Source of the DNA: Escherichia coli
GTDB taxonomy: Bacteria; Pseudomonadota; Gammaproteobacteria; Enterobacterales; Enterobacteriaceae
NCBI RefSeq assembly: GCF_003991155.1
Contig: NZ_CP031295.1
Strand: one strand, 5' to 3'
Length of the DNA: 64,000 nucleotides
A model generated the notes under the pieces. That model did no database searches and was not told the DNA's origin. It was given only the letters and a program-made list of their open reading frames with translations. The number at the start of each line of letters is the position of its first letter. The stretch's first letter is position 1. Below are positions 1-10,855 of the stretch, piece after piece. A program made the translations under genes and the position numbers.

Positions 1-867
1 CTATTGTTTTTTATCAAGAAAATTAAACAGCAAGCGACCATCTTCTTCAGTGGTATATGTTACCTTTAATGGCGTCTTCTCATTAATTTTCTTCAGAGCA
101 GGTTCCAGGAAGGTACGCTTCATTTCAGCAATATTGTTTTTCTGCGAGGCAGGGAGCATAAACCTTTCACATAACCAGTCATGTGTGGTGATCCAGACAC
201 CAGTGCTCCGGAACTGACACAGGCTTTCATAAAGCCGGATGACACGAACACTATTAAGCTGGCCACAGTCATAGAGAGAATAGGTAGTGAACTGGGAGGT
301 TAAGCCGACCAGGAATGGCATGACCTTGTAGTTAAATTCAATCTGCCAGGAACCCCGGCCTCGCTTCATTCCTGCTTCAGCCAGCCACGGACGTTTAACT
401 TCTTCAAACTCACCTTCTTTTGGATAAAAGGTAACCGTTGATTCGCCCAGAGCATTTACCCCAGCCTTCACATCACGACTGGCGACAGACGTAGCGACAT
501 TGAAGTATTTGACGTAATCGGAAACGCTGATTTTGAAGAGCGGCAATACGTCAGAGTCATCTTCCTGGCTGTCATTAAAATAGGCCTGCATGAGGCATAA
601 CCACAGCACACGTTTTGCCTGAAGAGGCAGGTAATATGCAGCTTCGGTCAATTCGTTAGATTGCTTTATACTGGCGCGTTTTTTAAACGTTTTAGTAGCT
701 GGCAAGAGTGCTTGAGTATCCATTTCAATGCCTATGGGTAAATTTTTACCCACCCATAATGACAGTGAAAACAGAAATTGCAAGCTATCGCGATACTTAT
801 CCACCGGAAAAATCTGCACTTTATCCACAAGTGGATAATTGAGAACTGAACTTGACCTCTTTCCCAT
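1..867 (-). CDS. RepE-like plasmid replication initiator (Rep_3 family)
   Basis: 288-aa ORF with motifs matching F RepE from recall (QSNELTEAAY, RLYESLCQFR); start codon overlaps upstream direct repeats. Confidence 0.85.
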   Translation of the reverse strand: MGKRSSSVLNYPLVDKVQIFPVDKYRDSLQFLFSLSLWVGKNLPIGIEMDTQALLPATKTFKKRASIKQSNELTEAAYYLPLQAKRVLWLCLMQAYFNDSQEDDSDVLPLFKISVSDYVKYFNVATSVASRDVKAGVNALGESTVTFYPKEGEFEEVKRPWLAEAGMKRGRGSWQIEFNYKVMPFLVGLTSQFTTYSLYDCGQLNSVRVIRLYESLCQFRSTGVWITTHDWLCERFMLPASQKNNIAEMKRTFLEPALKKINEKTPLKVTYTTEEDGRLLFNFLDKKQ

Positions 868-960
868 AGCTTGTTGATGCGTATCCCATAGCTTGTTGAC
901 ACAAAACCCACTGATACGTGATTAATTTCCCATATTATGTTTACCAGTTGCCCATACAGG
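862..960. repeat. Iteron/operator-like direct repeats upstream of rep gene
   Basis: TCCCATAGCTTGTTGA at 862-877 and 884-899 (22-bp period) plus further CCCATA-containing partial repeats. Confidence 0.5.
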
Positions 961-1055
961 CCCCCTCTCAGGCCGCACTGTACGCGGCTTTCAGGCTCCC
1001 TAAAAGATGTAAAATAAAGAAAAAGAATAAAAAAGTACTTTATAAAAATATGCCC

Positions 1056-1071
1056 GTGGATAAGTGGATAA
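1056..1071. promoter_or_regulatory. Tandem DnaA-box-like motifs in putative origin region
   Basis: GTGGATAA x2 (complement TTATCCAC) next to an AT-rich stretch at 1010-1050. Confidence 0.45.
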
Positions 1072-1634
1072 CCCCGAGGGGAGGTGATTTTTCAGGCATT
1101 GAGCGTAAGCAGAATTTATAAGTTTTGTTCCCTGGTGCTTCCTCGCTCACTCGGGGCTTCGCCCTGTCGCTCGACTGCGGCGAGCACTGCTGGCTCGATC
1201 ATATCCGTGGCCGGAAGATACTACTCCTCCCCCGAGTCGCTCTCCAGAGCCGGCTACAGCGAGACAACCCGCACGAAGATTTCTATCGTCCCTGCAGACA
1301 TATTCGAATCGTTTTTATTAACCCTGGCTTCCGTCGTGACAGAACACTACGTCCTGTAAAAGGGGGACTAAGGCCCCTGAATCACACACCTGAAATTAAT
1401 AATGCGGAGTTTTACGATAATGTCATTGCTGGAAACTTTCCTGACCGCTTCTCAGGGGGCAACAATCCTGTTCCTTGCCATGCTGATCTACTGGCAAAAG
1501 CGATAAATCCAAGCGGGCTGGCCTTTGGCCAGCTTCGCTGTATAAGGGGAAAAATGCGGCATATCCAGACATTTCACTAGGCAATTTGAATTCAGATATC
1601 TATGCTTGGGATCCGGTCAACAGGAGGTAACAAG

Positions 1635-1892
1635 ATGAAACTTGAAACTATACAGATAGATAATACCGTAAGGAGTGGTCTTAATTCTTTCACTGACGGG
1701 GTGATTATTCGTGATACAAAGGTATTGATCACGCTCAATCTCCCGGATGGACAGAAAACCACTATTGAGGGGGAATGGCGGCATATGTCGGACGCCAACA
1801 GGTTGTCAGAACGTATTACGATGCTTCAGCATGCGATCTATGAGCAGTATGAGGAATACAGAGCAGATATTCCCGTCAGCTGGTCCAGATAA
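1635..1892 (+). CDS. Hypothetical small protein (85 aa)
   Basis: ATG preceded by AGGAGG RBS; no recognisable domain. Confidence 0.5.
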   Translation: MKLETIQIDNTVRSGLNSFTDGVIIRDTKVLITLNLPDGQKTTIEGEWRHMSDANRLSERITMLQHAIYEQYEEYRADIPVSWSR

Positions 1893-1949
1893 CGTCTGAC
1901 AGACCTCCCCGGCGAGCAGGACGTTCGCCAGCATCATTCTCCTAAGTAC

Positions 1950-2726
1950 TTAAATATTCCCTTTCAGCATGGCTACCGCATCCGCTTCGGGCATCTGAAA
2001 CTGAACTCGATGCCGCGCAGCAACATCAAGTGCGAACACCTTCGTATAGACTTCCGTCGAGCTAATCGATTTGTGGCCCATCAGGCTCTGCAAAACCTTC
2101 AGTGGTATGCCGGCATACAGCATATGCATCGCGTAGGAGTGGCGGAACGTATGCGGGGTGACCGGCACCGAGAATGTCACCCCGTCGACGGCGGCCGCTT
2201 CAACCGCTTCGCCAATCCAGGTCCGTACTGTCCGGTCGGTGATGTCCCAGATGCGGGCTTTCTCTGTTCTGCCGGTACGCTTGTTGCGTCTTTCCAGCGG
2301 AATTTTCAGGGTGGCCACCATCATCTGCAGCTGGCTGACGTAGTGGTGATCGGAAAGCGGAACCAGACGATGAGCCTGGCTACCGGCGGGAGCTCGGCCG
2401 GCTGTCCTGGCCGCTTTTTCGGTGCGCTGCTTAAGCGTGGCCAGCTGCACGAACGGATACGGTGGCACCAGCGAAAAATCCCCCCGGGTCAGCGCCAGCG
2501 CCTCGTTGATACGTGCGCCGGTGTTCCAGAGGGTTGCCAGCAGCATCTTGCGGTGCAAATCGGGCACATAATGGAGCAGGGCGCTGACTTCCGGTGCCAG
2601 CAGGTATTTCGGTAGTTCATCTTGAACGAGCGCCATCTGGCGCAGGGCCAGCGCGGCGGGATAGTCAATGGCCACCGGCATTTGCGCCGGCTGCTGCGGG
2701 TGAGAATATGATAAGAGGCCGCTCAT
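1950..2726 (-). CDS. Tyrosine site-specific recombinase (plasmid resolvase/XerCD-like)
   Basis: 258 aa; HTFRHSYAMHML and C-terminal VYTKVF catalytic-region motifs. Confidence 0.85.
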   Translation of the reverse strand: MSGLLSYSHPQQPAQMPVAIDYPAALALRQMALVQDELPKYLLAPEVSALLHYVPDLHRKMLLATLWNTGARINEALALTRGDFSLVPPYPFVQLATLKQRTEKAARTAGRAPAGSQAHRLVPLSDHHYVSQLQMMVATLKIPLERRNKRTGRTEKARIWDITDRTVRTWIGEAVEAAAVDGVTFSVPVTPHTFRHSYAMHMLYAGIPLKVLQSLMGHKSISSTEVYTKVFALDVAARHRVQFQMPEADAVAMLKGNI

Positions 2727-3466
2727 TGGTTTGACATTCCATCAGGTATCACTAATTGATTCCACTCCCTGTTGCGGGTAGCTTCAGCAGCGCGCAGGGC
2801 TCTTTCGCGCCTCCAGACTTTACGAAACACGGAAACTGCAGACCATTCATCATGACCTGTAAGACGTGTTTCGGGCATCCCGGTTGCCTTGCGCAGACGG
2901 ACGGCAAGAATGACAGCGTTGATGCCCAAGCGCGTGAACTGATACTGCCGTTCCCTGAAATAGTCCTTATGCCAAGGAGGGTCGGAGTATTCGGCGGCAT
3001 ATGCAATTGCCCTGTGGGCCTCATCCTGGAGCACCGGCAGTTCACGGATGCGATACATAAGACGTGGCTCTAAAGTCCGCCAGTCACCGGAGACATCGAT
3101 CAGATTCAGTTCAGGGTAATTCGTGACAGCTTTTCTCTCAGGCTGGGGGGCATCATCATCCTGGCCGTCATCCGTCACAACCCGGAAACAACCCTCAGCA
3201 TACCGTTCAAGCATGAATACCAACTCGGTGGCAATGTAATGCAGTTCCTTTTTCATTTTATCTTCTGACGCCTGTCTCTCACGCTTAAGCGTGAAATAAT
3301 GTGTCAGCCAGATGCCAGTGAGTGTTATACCCCCAGTAAGCAGGCCAGTGATAAGCCCGGTTGCCACGTTTCCCCAGATCCCCGCCCCTTGATTAATCAG
3401 CTGTACGGAAACCGGATGGGATGTCGCAGCAACTATACTCTCAGTTGCGGCCTGTATATCAGTCAT
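2723..3466 (-). CDS. Hypothetical membrane-anchored protein
   Basis: 247 aa; one N-terminal Gly/Thr-rich hydrophobic helix; 4-bp ATGA overlap with recombinase gene. Confidence 0.55.
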   Translation of the reverse strand: MTDIQAATESIVAATSHPVSVQLINQGAGIWGNVATGLITGLLTGGITLTGIWLTHYFTLKRERQASEDKMKKELHYIATELVFMLERYAEGCFRVVTDDGQDDDAPQPERKAVTNYPELNLIDVSGDWRTLEPRLMYRIRELPVLQDEAHRAIAYAAEYSDPPWHKDYFRERQYQFTRLGINAVILAVRLRKATGMPETRLTGHDEWSAVSVFRKVWRRERALRAAEATRNREWNQLVIPDGMSNQ

Positions 3467-3516
3467 TGATCATTTACCCCTTTATATTCCTGAGAAATCA
3501 CACCTTCTGTATGTAT

Positions 3517-3867
3517 TCAGCGGTCGGCAGCCAGCTCATCAGCCAGCTTCACAAACCTTTTGTGCTCAGTCTGCAGGTAATGGCTGTAAATCCGGGCATC
3601 ACGTTCTGTCAGTCCGGATGGATTGCCGGTGAAGTAACGTTGCAGCACCGCAATACAGTGATTGTAGGTATCGAGATCATATTCCCAGTTTCCCAGCTCA
3701 CCGGCCGCATCCAGTTCCTGGCGAAACTGCTCGTATTTACGGAGCAGAATGCCAAGACCTAATTCTGTTGCAGCATAAAGATTATTTTCTCCTGGCGCGG
3801 AAATCGCATTACGGATTTTTTCAAAAGCATAACTGAAATCATTTCTCTCATTGAATGCAGTAAACAT
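3517..3867 (-). CDS. Hypothetical protein (116 aa)
   Basis: ORF co-directional with and 50 bp upstream of 2723-3466; no recognisable domain. Confidence 0.45.
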   Translation of the reverse strand: MFTAFNERNDFSYAFEKIRNAISAPGENNLYAATELGLGILLRKYEQFRQELDAAGELGNWEYDLDTYNHCIAVLQRYFTGNPSGLTERDARIYSHYLQTEHKRFVKLADELAADR

Positions 3868-4434
3868 GTCCTTTCCTCAGTTGAATAGTTAGCCGTGCAA
3901 TTTTACCACACCTCAATCATCGTCAGATGAGTGCCACTCTGTCGCGACAGTGACTTTCACGAGAGTGATTTTCACATACTAAAATAATAAGCAGCCATAT
4001 AACAACGTAATTAAATTACCTGACGGCCGCTCTGGCCGGATCCGACTTTTATGTTATTCCACAGTTTCCGGAAGTGTACCACGCACACGAAATAACCACA
4101 GCGCCCTTTCAGGGTGGTGAGCGGCCGGTCACGGGGCAGGGGAGGGGCACAACATATATGGTCACTGACAGCTGGAAACACCGCTACATCTTGTGTTGTC
4201 GGGCCGCTGCGCGCCGGTGGGGTTCGCAGAGATCCGGGACTACCTTTTTTCGGATCTCAGAAGTGGAGAAGAGGAATTATTGCAGCATGGACACAAAAAA
4301 CGAGTAATTGTTGCGATGAGTGGACTATTGCACCATGAGCAAATATAAATGACTTTATGCGTCCTGCGGTTAAATATATTGTTCATGCCGTCCGGCTGAA
4401 CCCCGGGTCAGGGGATCAGCCGGGAAGGAGAACG

Positions 4435-5409
4435 TCACGGTTCTGTTTTCCGCGACAGGGTCTTTCTTTTTTTCTTCAGGTACATCACTTCGTCACATTT
4501 ACCGATCATCTCCGCCAGTGTCGTATAATGGTCTGCGTTATTGATCAGTTCGCCAAAGGAATAATTGATGTTGTAGGGCTTGCCCGAGGTGTCATTGTAA
4601 TGATCGAGACTGGCACTCAGCGCGTGCAGATAAGACTGAGTGTTACCGTTTCGCCGGATCAGGGCGGCAAACTCATCCCCGCCGAGGCGGCCTGCTATTT
4701 CACCCGGTTCAAGGTGCTGATGTAAAAAGCCGGCAAAGATCTTCAGCACCTCGTCACCTTCCGCGTGTCCCCAGAGATCGTTAACCGGTTTGAACCTGTC
4801 CAGATCGAAATAGATGAGGCTGAACGACGCATCCTGCCGGTTCATTGCGCGGAAGAGTTTTTCGCCGGCGCGGTAAAACCCGCGCCGGTTGGGAATGCCC
4901 GTCAGGCTGTCCGTCATGGCCATGCTGATGGCCTCGAATTCGTCCTCCACGATACAGGCCAGGTCCCGGAGGGACGCAATGTCCTCATCCGTGAAGGCGC
5001 GGGGAACGGTGTGGATCAGGCACAGCGTGCCGGCCACCGTGCCATCCGGCAGGCTCACCGGCTGGCCGGCGTAGAACCAGATGTGTGGCTCACCGGTAAC
5101 CAGGGGATTATCGTGAAATCGCGCATCGGCAGCCGCATCGTGAATGATAAAAGGCCCTTCCTGCAGAATGGCGTGCCCGCAGAACGAAATATCACGTGGA
5201 GTTTCGCGCACGCCGACGCCCTGGCAGGCGAGGAGCCACTGGCGCTCGCGATCCAGCAGGCTTATCAGGGCCACCGGGACCTGAAAGGCTTTGCGGGCCA
5301 GCCGCGTCAGGCGTTCAAAACGCTCATCGTCACGGGTATCAAGAAGGCTGGTAATATACAGGGACTTCAGCCTCTGTTCTTCATTCTCCGGTATACCGGG
5401 TGCCTGCAT
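4435..5409 (-). CDS. GAF-GGDEF diguanylate cyclase
   Basis: RLGGDEF active-site motif; start set at second Met (MQAPGIP) with AGGAG RBS. Confidence 0.85.
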   Translation of the reverse strand: MQAPGIPENEEQRLKSLYITSLLDTRDDERFERLTRLARKAFQVPVALISLLDRERQWLLACQGVGVRETPRDISFCGHAILQEGPFIIHDAAADARFHDNPLVTGEPHIWFYAGQPVSLPDGTVAGTLCLIHTVPRAFTDEDIASLRDLACIVEDEFEAISMAMTDSLTGIPNRRGFYRAGEKLFRAMNRQDASFSLIYFDLDRFKPVNDLWGHAEGDEVLKIFAGFLHQHLEPGEIAGRLGGDEFAALIRRNGNTQSYLHALSASLDHYNDTSGKPYNINYSFGELINNADHYTTLAEMIGKCDEVMYLKKKRKTLSRKTEP

Positions 5410-6039
5410 GTAATCTCCTGGTATGTACAAAGTATATATGCAGATGAAAAGGTGTTTGGATCTGACTGAGTGTAATTATAGTTCACGACTTATCTGCCAG
5501 CGGCTGAACTTCAGGTACAGGAATTCACGTTTATCACTCGTACTAGACTCTCCGGAGGACCAGGGGAATGACCGGGTCTGTTACGGTGAGGGAATCTGTA
5601 AACCTCAGGATTTTTGCCGGGAAAGTACGTATAACTGCTATCTTGATTAGTAAATGTTAAAATTTGTAGGTATCCACCCGTTAAACAAAATGATTAATAT
5701 TTAAAAATACTCGTTGAATACCCGTGCCGTAATAATGAAGTACATTAAAAACGTTATCCGGTCATGTGAAGCTGAGACCGTCTCTTCGTCATGTAAAATG
5801 CCGTACTTTCTTTGTCGTGAAGAATGACCGGGTTAAGTCCATAAGGTTGAGAGGAAGTCTGCAGATGTGATACGCTCAAGGCGAGATTTATCTCAGTGAG
5901 AACTCACGGCAACAAAAAGTTTTTGGACAACAAAACACAAAGTTGTTTTGGACTGTAGGAGTCCAAGAGACAATGACATTACATACAACGCCGTGTAACG
6001 GATTTTACATTATTACAAAGCCTGTGTTACAAGAGAGTT

Positions 6040-6417
6040 ATGGACATGATTGAAAAAATATGTGAAGTAATTGATGGTGAATACGTCTGTGATATAGATA
6101 TTAGCGTTGAAGAATGGAAGATTTTATTAAGGGATAAAAAAGTTTTTGATGACAAAAGTATTGCAGCGTTAAAAAAATGGTTCATTGAGCCAGACCATTC
6201 CTGTACATGTTTCGATATCGGCAAGAAGTACGACCTGCACAGTATGAGTGCTAATGGTGTAATCAATGGGTTGGGTGGAAGAGTTCAGAAGCAGCTTGGC
6301 CGATTCGAGGTTAAAGGAGTCGGAAAGATTGCTTCCGGGACAAAATTCATTACAGTCATGAAAAGTAGAGAAATTAAAGGAAACCCAAAGCGAAATTTAT
6401 GGACTATCCGTGAATAA
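6040..6417 (+). CDS. N-terminal segment of a putative McrA-like HNH nuclease (in-frame TAA at 6415-6417)
   Basis: 125-aa ORF in the same frame as the downstream HNH ORF; AT-rich islet. Confidence 0.45.
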   Translation: MDMIEKICEVIDGEYVCDIDISVEEWKILLRDKKVFDDKSIAALKKWFIEPDHSCTCFDIGKKYDLHSMSANGVINGLGGRVQKQLGRFEVKGVGKIASGTKFITVMKSREIKGNPKRNLWTIRE

Positions 6418-6495
6418 CTTGTTCAGGCAATAAAAGAACTAGATTTTTTTAGTACGAACGAAAGCTCAAGCATTGATTTTTACTCAGATAATGAT

Positions 6496-6954
6496 TTGAT
6501 CACTGCTCTAGAAGAAAGTAATCACTTTGACGTTACTCAGACATTTGAGTATAGCGAAAAAGCGAAACCTAAGAAAGCTGCAATAGAAGTCAAAAATGGA
6601 CTCTCATACCCAAGAAGTAAATCTGTTTCAAAAAATGCGCTTAACAAAGCTGATTATAAATGTGAAATTAATTGCGACCATCCAACGTTCAGAAGGCGAA
6701 ACTCTCCTCTAAATTACACAGAACCTCATCACATTGTCCCGATGTCAAAGCAAGACTATTTTGAGAATTCACTGGATGTGGAAGAGAATATCATATCACT
6801 ATGTTGCAACTGCCATAAACAAATTCATCTTGGCAAGGGGTTTGAAGATATGTTGAGGAAAATATATGCCGAGCGGAAAGATGTATTAAAAAAAGCGGGA
6901 ATCGAGATATTATTAGAGGATTTGATTCTTTTTTACAAGATGGAAGGTAATTAA
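6496..6954 (+). CDS. HNH endonuclease domain ORF (no ATG start; frame continuous with 6040-6417 apart from one stop)
   Basis: CxxC...EPHHIVPMS...LCCNCHKQIH motifs; only a TTG start available upstream of the HNH core. Confidence 0.55.
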   Translation: MITALEESNHFDVTQTFEYSEKAKPKKAAIEVKNGLSYPRSKSVSKNALNKADYKCEINCDHPTFRRRNSPLNYTEPHHIVPMSKQDYFENSLDVEENIISLCCNCHKQIHLGKGFEDMLRKIYAERKDVLKKAGIEILLEDLILFYKMEGN

Positions 6955-7240
6955 TCTTCGAGAAGATGCATGCTTATTTTTATTTTTTTAGCAATGAATG
7001 TGAAATACTGCCTGACTATCAATCCTGTCATGTGGTTCAGATTTATGGGGGAGGATTTTAATATTTTACCAGCATGGCATGTCGATCAATCGGTTAAGTA
7101 TAGCGCCAGGTAACCAGACGGATTTTCCCTCTCAGGCGGGAGTCGTTATCCATCGTCCAGTACCTGATTAAAAGTAGGAGTAATTACAAGAAAATTAAAT
7201 TGTATGACTATTATTTCCGTTCAGAAAAGAAAGTTACATT

Positions 7241-7266
7241 AAAAACCCGAAATTATTCGGGTTTTT
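7241..7266. terminator. Rho-independent terminator hairpin (bidirectional)
   Basis: AAAAACCCGAAATTATTCGGGTTTTT. Confidence 0.6.
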
Positions 7267-7341
7267 AATTAGTTAAGTGCTATATATTTTCGTGTCCGGG
7301 GGTACCCTAAGAGGGTGCGCAAGACAACACTCCAGTGTTCA

Positions 7342-7692
7342 TTATTTATGACTGTCAAGCCATTTATTCATCTGCTCAATTTCACCTTTTTGAGCTTTAA
7401 TGATGTCCTGCGCAAGCTTTCTCATTTCGGGATCTTTTCCGTATTTGAGCTCGGTCTCAGCCATTGCGATTGCCCCTTCATGGTGTGCGATCATACCTTT
7501 TGCAAAGGCCTTATCGGGATTGGATTCATTAACGGCGGCCATCATTTTTTCATGCATATTTTTCATGCCAGCCATATATTCCTGTGATGATGCCGATGAG
7601 TGCATATCTGACATTTTCATTTCCGAATGTTCAGCAGAAATGGCTGGCAGGGATAACATTAATATTACAAAAAGGGTGTTTTTGATTTTCAT
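7342..7692 (-). CDS. DUF305-like periplasmic metal-associated protein
   Basis: Signal peptide MKIKNTLFVILMLSLPAISA; HHEGAIAMA motif; sits beside silE. Confidence 0.7.
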   Translation of the reverse strand: MKIKNTLFVILMLSLPAISAEHSEMKMSDMHSSASSQEYMAGMKNMHEKMMAAVNESNPDKAFAKGMIAHHEGAIAMAETELKYGKDPEMRKLAQDIIKAQKGEIEQMNKWLDSHK

Positions 7693-7741
7693 ATAATAAT
7701 TCCTTTCAGACAGGTACCGGTTAAGTGTAGCTGAGTCAGAC

Positions 7742-7770
7742 AAAAAAGCCCCCTGACGGGGGGCAAAAAT
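7742..7770 (-). terminator. Terminator downstream of silE
   Basis: GC hairpin GCCCCCCGTCAGGGGGC followed by T-tract on the minus strand. Confidence 0.55.
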
Positions 7771-7835
7771 GTAGCAACGTTGTTTCAGGAAAATCTATCA
7801 GGGAAAAGGTAACAGCACGGATACTACCGTCGCAT

Positions 7836-8267
7836 TCAGCCTGCATTGATCATGCGGCGGTGCGCTTCGGCCATGGCCTGATGTGGGCCGGATTGCCCGT
7901 TATTCATGAATTCATGGGCAACCGCTGCTCTTTCATGCTCATTCATCGCCGCGTAAGACGTTGACGGGACGGTCGTGGATACCGTGTTATTTCCCATCAT
8001 CTTCTGATGACTTTCCACCATTTTCTGGTGCGCATCCGCCGAGCCGTTCGTCATGGTCTCATGAGCAATAATGGCCTGTTCATGCTGGTCCATACCGGTC
8101 ATACGAGGAGCAGTCCCCTGGATCCCGACAGGAGCCGCAGCAGACTGCATCTGGTGAGCAGGAGCCTGTGCATTGTTGACGCGATCATGGATATTCACGG
8201 TTTCAGTGGCCCAGGCCGATGAAATTAAACCAAAGCCCAGCAAAGATGCTAATACGATATTTTTCAT
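7836..8267 (-). CDS. silE: Silver-binding periplasmic protein SilE
   Basis: 143 aa from MKNIVLASLLGFGLISSAWA; His/Met-rich repeats matching SilE from recall. Confidence 0.9.
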   Translation of the reverse strand: MKNIVLASLLGFGLISSAWATETVNIHDRVNNAQAPAHQMQSAAAPVGIQGTAPRMTGMDQHEQAIIAHETMTNGSADAHQKMVESHQKMMGNNTVSTTVPSTSYAAMNEHERAAVAHEFMNNGQSGPHQAMAEAHRRMINAG

Positions 8268-8517
8268 GATAACTCTCCATTTCTGAATTAGTGATGTCCG
8301 GGGAAGTACAACCGGTGTTTTCAGTTCCATAACTGAAACAAGTTCGGCAGCGTTTATTTCTCCGGAAGAGGGCTGGATATTCATTTCCTGGCGTACTCTG
8401 ACGCCGGGTATTGATGAAGCAATCCAGCCTTCCTGATAAGTTGCACTAATTATATCGAATGGCTTCTGTTTGCTGCATGACAGGCTAATGACATCTTTGT
8501 CATTTACATCTTTATTT

Positions 8518-9993
8518 TCAGCATTGGGTTTCCGGGATCATTTTCTCCAGTCTGGGCACGGATAAGATAAAACGCGTGGAGCGTACGTCTGATTCCACCT
8601 GCACTCTTCCGTGATGTGCTTCCACGATTGACTTCACAATCGCAAGGCCGATGCCGCTGCCTTCTCCTTTTCGTTGTCTGGATGGATCCACCCGATAAAA
8701 ACGGTCAAACAGCCTTGATAAATGTTCTTCAGGGATCGGTTTCCCCGGATTTTCAATCACAAGGTCAAAAAAGCTCTCCTGCTCTCTTATTGAGACGGTG
8801 ATTGCCTGTCCCTCCGGGGTATAACGCAGGGCATTGGATAACAGATTATTGATCGCCCTTCTGAACATTTGTGGATCTCCCTCAACCAGGCAGGGCATCC
8901 CGTTAAATTTGAGCGTGATATTGCGTTCTTCGGCCCAGGCTTCGAAAAACTCGAAGACTTTCATGACTTCCGCTCTGAGGTCAAACATGACCCTGTCAGG
9001 TATCAGCTGATTATTATCTGCCTGTGCCAGGAACAGCATATCGCTGACCATTTTGGTCATCCGGTTATACTCTTCAAGACTGGAATAGAGGACATCCTCA
9101 AGTTCCCTCTGTGTTCGATCCTGACTCAGTGCGATTTCAGTCTGCGTCACCAGATTGGTGATGGGCGTTCTGATCTCATGCGCGATATCGGCAGAGAAAT
9201 TGGCCTGGCGGGTAAAGACATCCTCAATCTTTCCAATCATATGATTGAACGAGATAACCAGTTGCTCCAGCTCAATGGGAACGCGTGTCGGTTCCAGTCG
9301 CGCATCAAGATTCTCGGAGGTGATGTTTTTAATGGCATTGCTGACATTACGAAGGGGCAGGTGCCCCTGACGGACAGCGATTCGAATGATCAGAACAATC
9401 AACAGGCTTATCACGACGGCAATCGCAATCAGGTTCTTTTTCAGCGCATCGAGGTAATGGAGATGGAAATTAATGGATAGGCCAGTCAGCATGACATAGT
9501 TCTGCTGTTTGCCCTGAAATATCGCCTGACCAGAGGAGGCGATAATCCTGTATGTTTCCATCTTCATTTCGGACCCGGTATCCATCGGTCCCGCAGGATC
9601 CTCCACCGTCCAGAGAAAGACATCCCGTGCGCGGCTGTGCTCGCTAAAATCTGCTGAATTCACTGCCGGGCGTAGTGCCGCCCCCTGAGCTGAGCTAAAG
9701 AGCACTTCACCCCTGGGATTGAGGAGCAAAAGGGCAACGTTGCGGTAGCTGGCAATTGATTCCTTTATTTTGCTTATTTTTTTATCATCCGGATCCACCG
9801 GGGACTGCAGTATACGGTTCAGTGTGGTGCTGATTTGTTGAAGATCGCTGACATCCTGCTCGGCAAAATGATTTTCAACAGAATGCAGCATAAACCAGGT
9901 GAAGGCGATAAAAGCCAGTATCGTGGACAGGCTGATAAAAAAGGTCAGCCGCAGAGCGAGTGAGAAAGGGCGTCTGGAAGGTTTGCTATGCAT
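8518..9993 (-). CDS. silS: Sensor histidine kinase SilS (CusS-like)
   Basis: 491 aa; two TM segments, HisKA/HATPase motifs; 8-bp overlap with silR. Confidence 0.9.
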   Translation of the reverse strand: MHSKPSRRPFSLALRLTFFISLSTILAFIAFTWFMLHSVENHFAEQDVSDLQQISTTLNRILQSPVDPDDKKISKIKESIASYRNVALLLLNPRGEVLFSSAQGAALRPAVNSADFSEHSRARDVFLWTVEDPAGPMDTGSEMKMETYRIIASSGQAIFQGKQQNYVMLTGLSINFHLHYLDALKKNLIAIAVVISLLIVLIIRIAVRQGHLPLRNVSNAIKNITSENLDARLEPTRVPIELEQLVISFNHMIGKIEDVFTRQANFSADIAHEIRTPITNLVTQTEIALSQDRTQRELEDVLYSSLEEYNRMTKMVSDMLFLAQADNNQLIPDRVMFDLRAEVMKVFEFFEAWAEERNITLKFNGMPCLVEGDPQMFRRAINNLLSNALRYTPEGQAITVSIREQESFFDLVIENPGKPIPEEHLSRLFDRFYRVDPSRQRKGEGSGIGLAIVKSIVEAHHGRVQVESDVRSTRFILSVPRLEKMIPETQC

Positions 9994-10666
9994 CCGGGAC
10001 CTCCAGCATGTAGCCCACGCCCCGGACTGTCTGGATCAGCTTTGTCCCGTAATCGTTGTCTATTTTAGCGCGGAGTCGCTTTACTGCGACATCGATCGCA
10101 TTAGTGTCGCTGTCAAAATTCATGTCCCAGACCTGAGAGGCAATCAGGGAGCGGGGAAGAACCTCTCCCTGATGGCGAATGAAGAATTCCAGCAGGCTGA
10201 ACTCTTTACTGGTGAGCACAATGCGGTTTCCGGCGCGACTGACTTTTCTGGATACGAGATCAATCGAGAGGTCAGCCACCTTAAACTGGCTTTCCGTGAT
10301 CATCGTGTTTCCCCGCCTCAGAAGGGTTCTCACCCGGGCGAGCAGTTCGGCAAACGCAAAGGGTTTAACCAGATAATCGTCCGCACCCAGTTCCAGTCCT
10401 TTGACCCTGTGTTCGATCGTGCCGAGGGCTGTCAGCAGTAAGACCGGCATACCCTTTCCGGCAGTGCGCAGCATGCGGATGATATCCCAGCCGTTCACAT
10501 CAGGTAGCATGATATCCAGAATGACTAAATCATACTCGGCTGTCATGGCGAGATGATATCCGGTAAGACCATTATCAGCGTGATCCACTACGAACCCTGC
10601 CTCTCTAAGCCCTTTGCTGAGATATTCACCTGTTTTAATTTCGTCTTCGACGATCAATATTTTCAT
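9986..10666 (-). CDS. silR: Response regulator SilR (CusR-like, OmpR family)
   Basis: MKILIVEDE receiver domain plus winged-helix C-terminus. Confidence 0.9.
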   Translation of the reverse strand: MKILIVEDEIKTGEYLSKGLREAGFVVDHADNGLTGYHLAMTAEYDLVILDIMLPDVNGWDIIRMLRTAGKGMPVLLLTALGTIEHRVKGLELGADDYLVKPFAFAELLARVRTLLRRGNTMITESQFKVADLSIDLVSRKVSRAGNRIVLTSKEFSLLEFFIRHQGEVLPRSLIASQVWDMNFDSDTNAIDVAVKRLRAKIDNDYGTKLIQTVRGVGYMLEVPDA

Positions 10667-10855
10667 CTTGCTCCCCGGCTGGCTGCTAAGGTCATTCTAT
10701 TGCGCCCACGATCGTTATCAACGGATTACAGCAAAAATGACAACATTGTCATTATCCTGTCACCCGACAAACAGAGTGCATTCTGTAAAGTAACCCTGGT
10801 AATACTCTGGACTTCATTTGAACCATTTACCAGGTCTGCCTGGACGAGAAGCGTT

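Noticed and set aside
1125..1580. 151-aa ORF in the region between the rep operator and the 85-aa gene
   Set aside because: Low-complexity Arg/Pro-rich translation, no RBS, lies in the likely origin region; treated as non-coding.
2010..2615. 201-aa ORF antisense to the tyrosine recombinase
   Set aside because: Fully embedded antisense in a well-supported gene; GC-driven open frame.
8869..9480. 203-aa ORF antisense within silS
   Set aside because: Embedded antisense in silS; no independent support.
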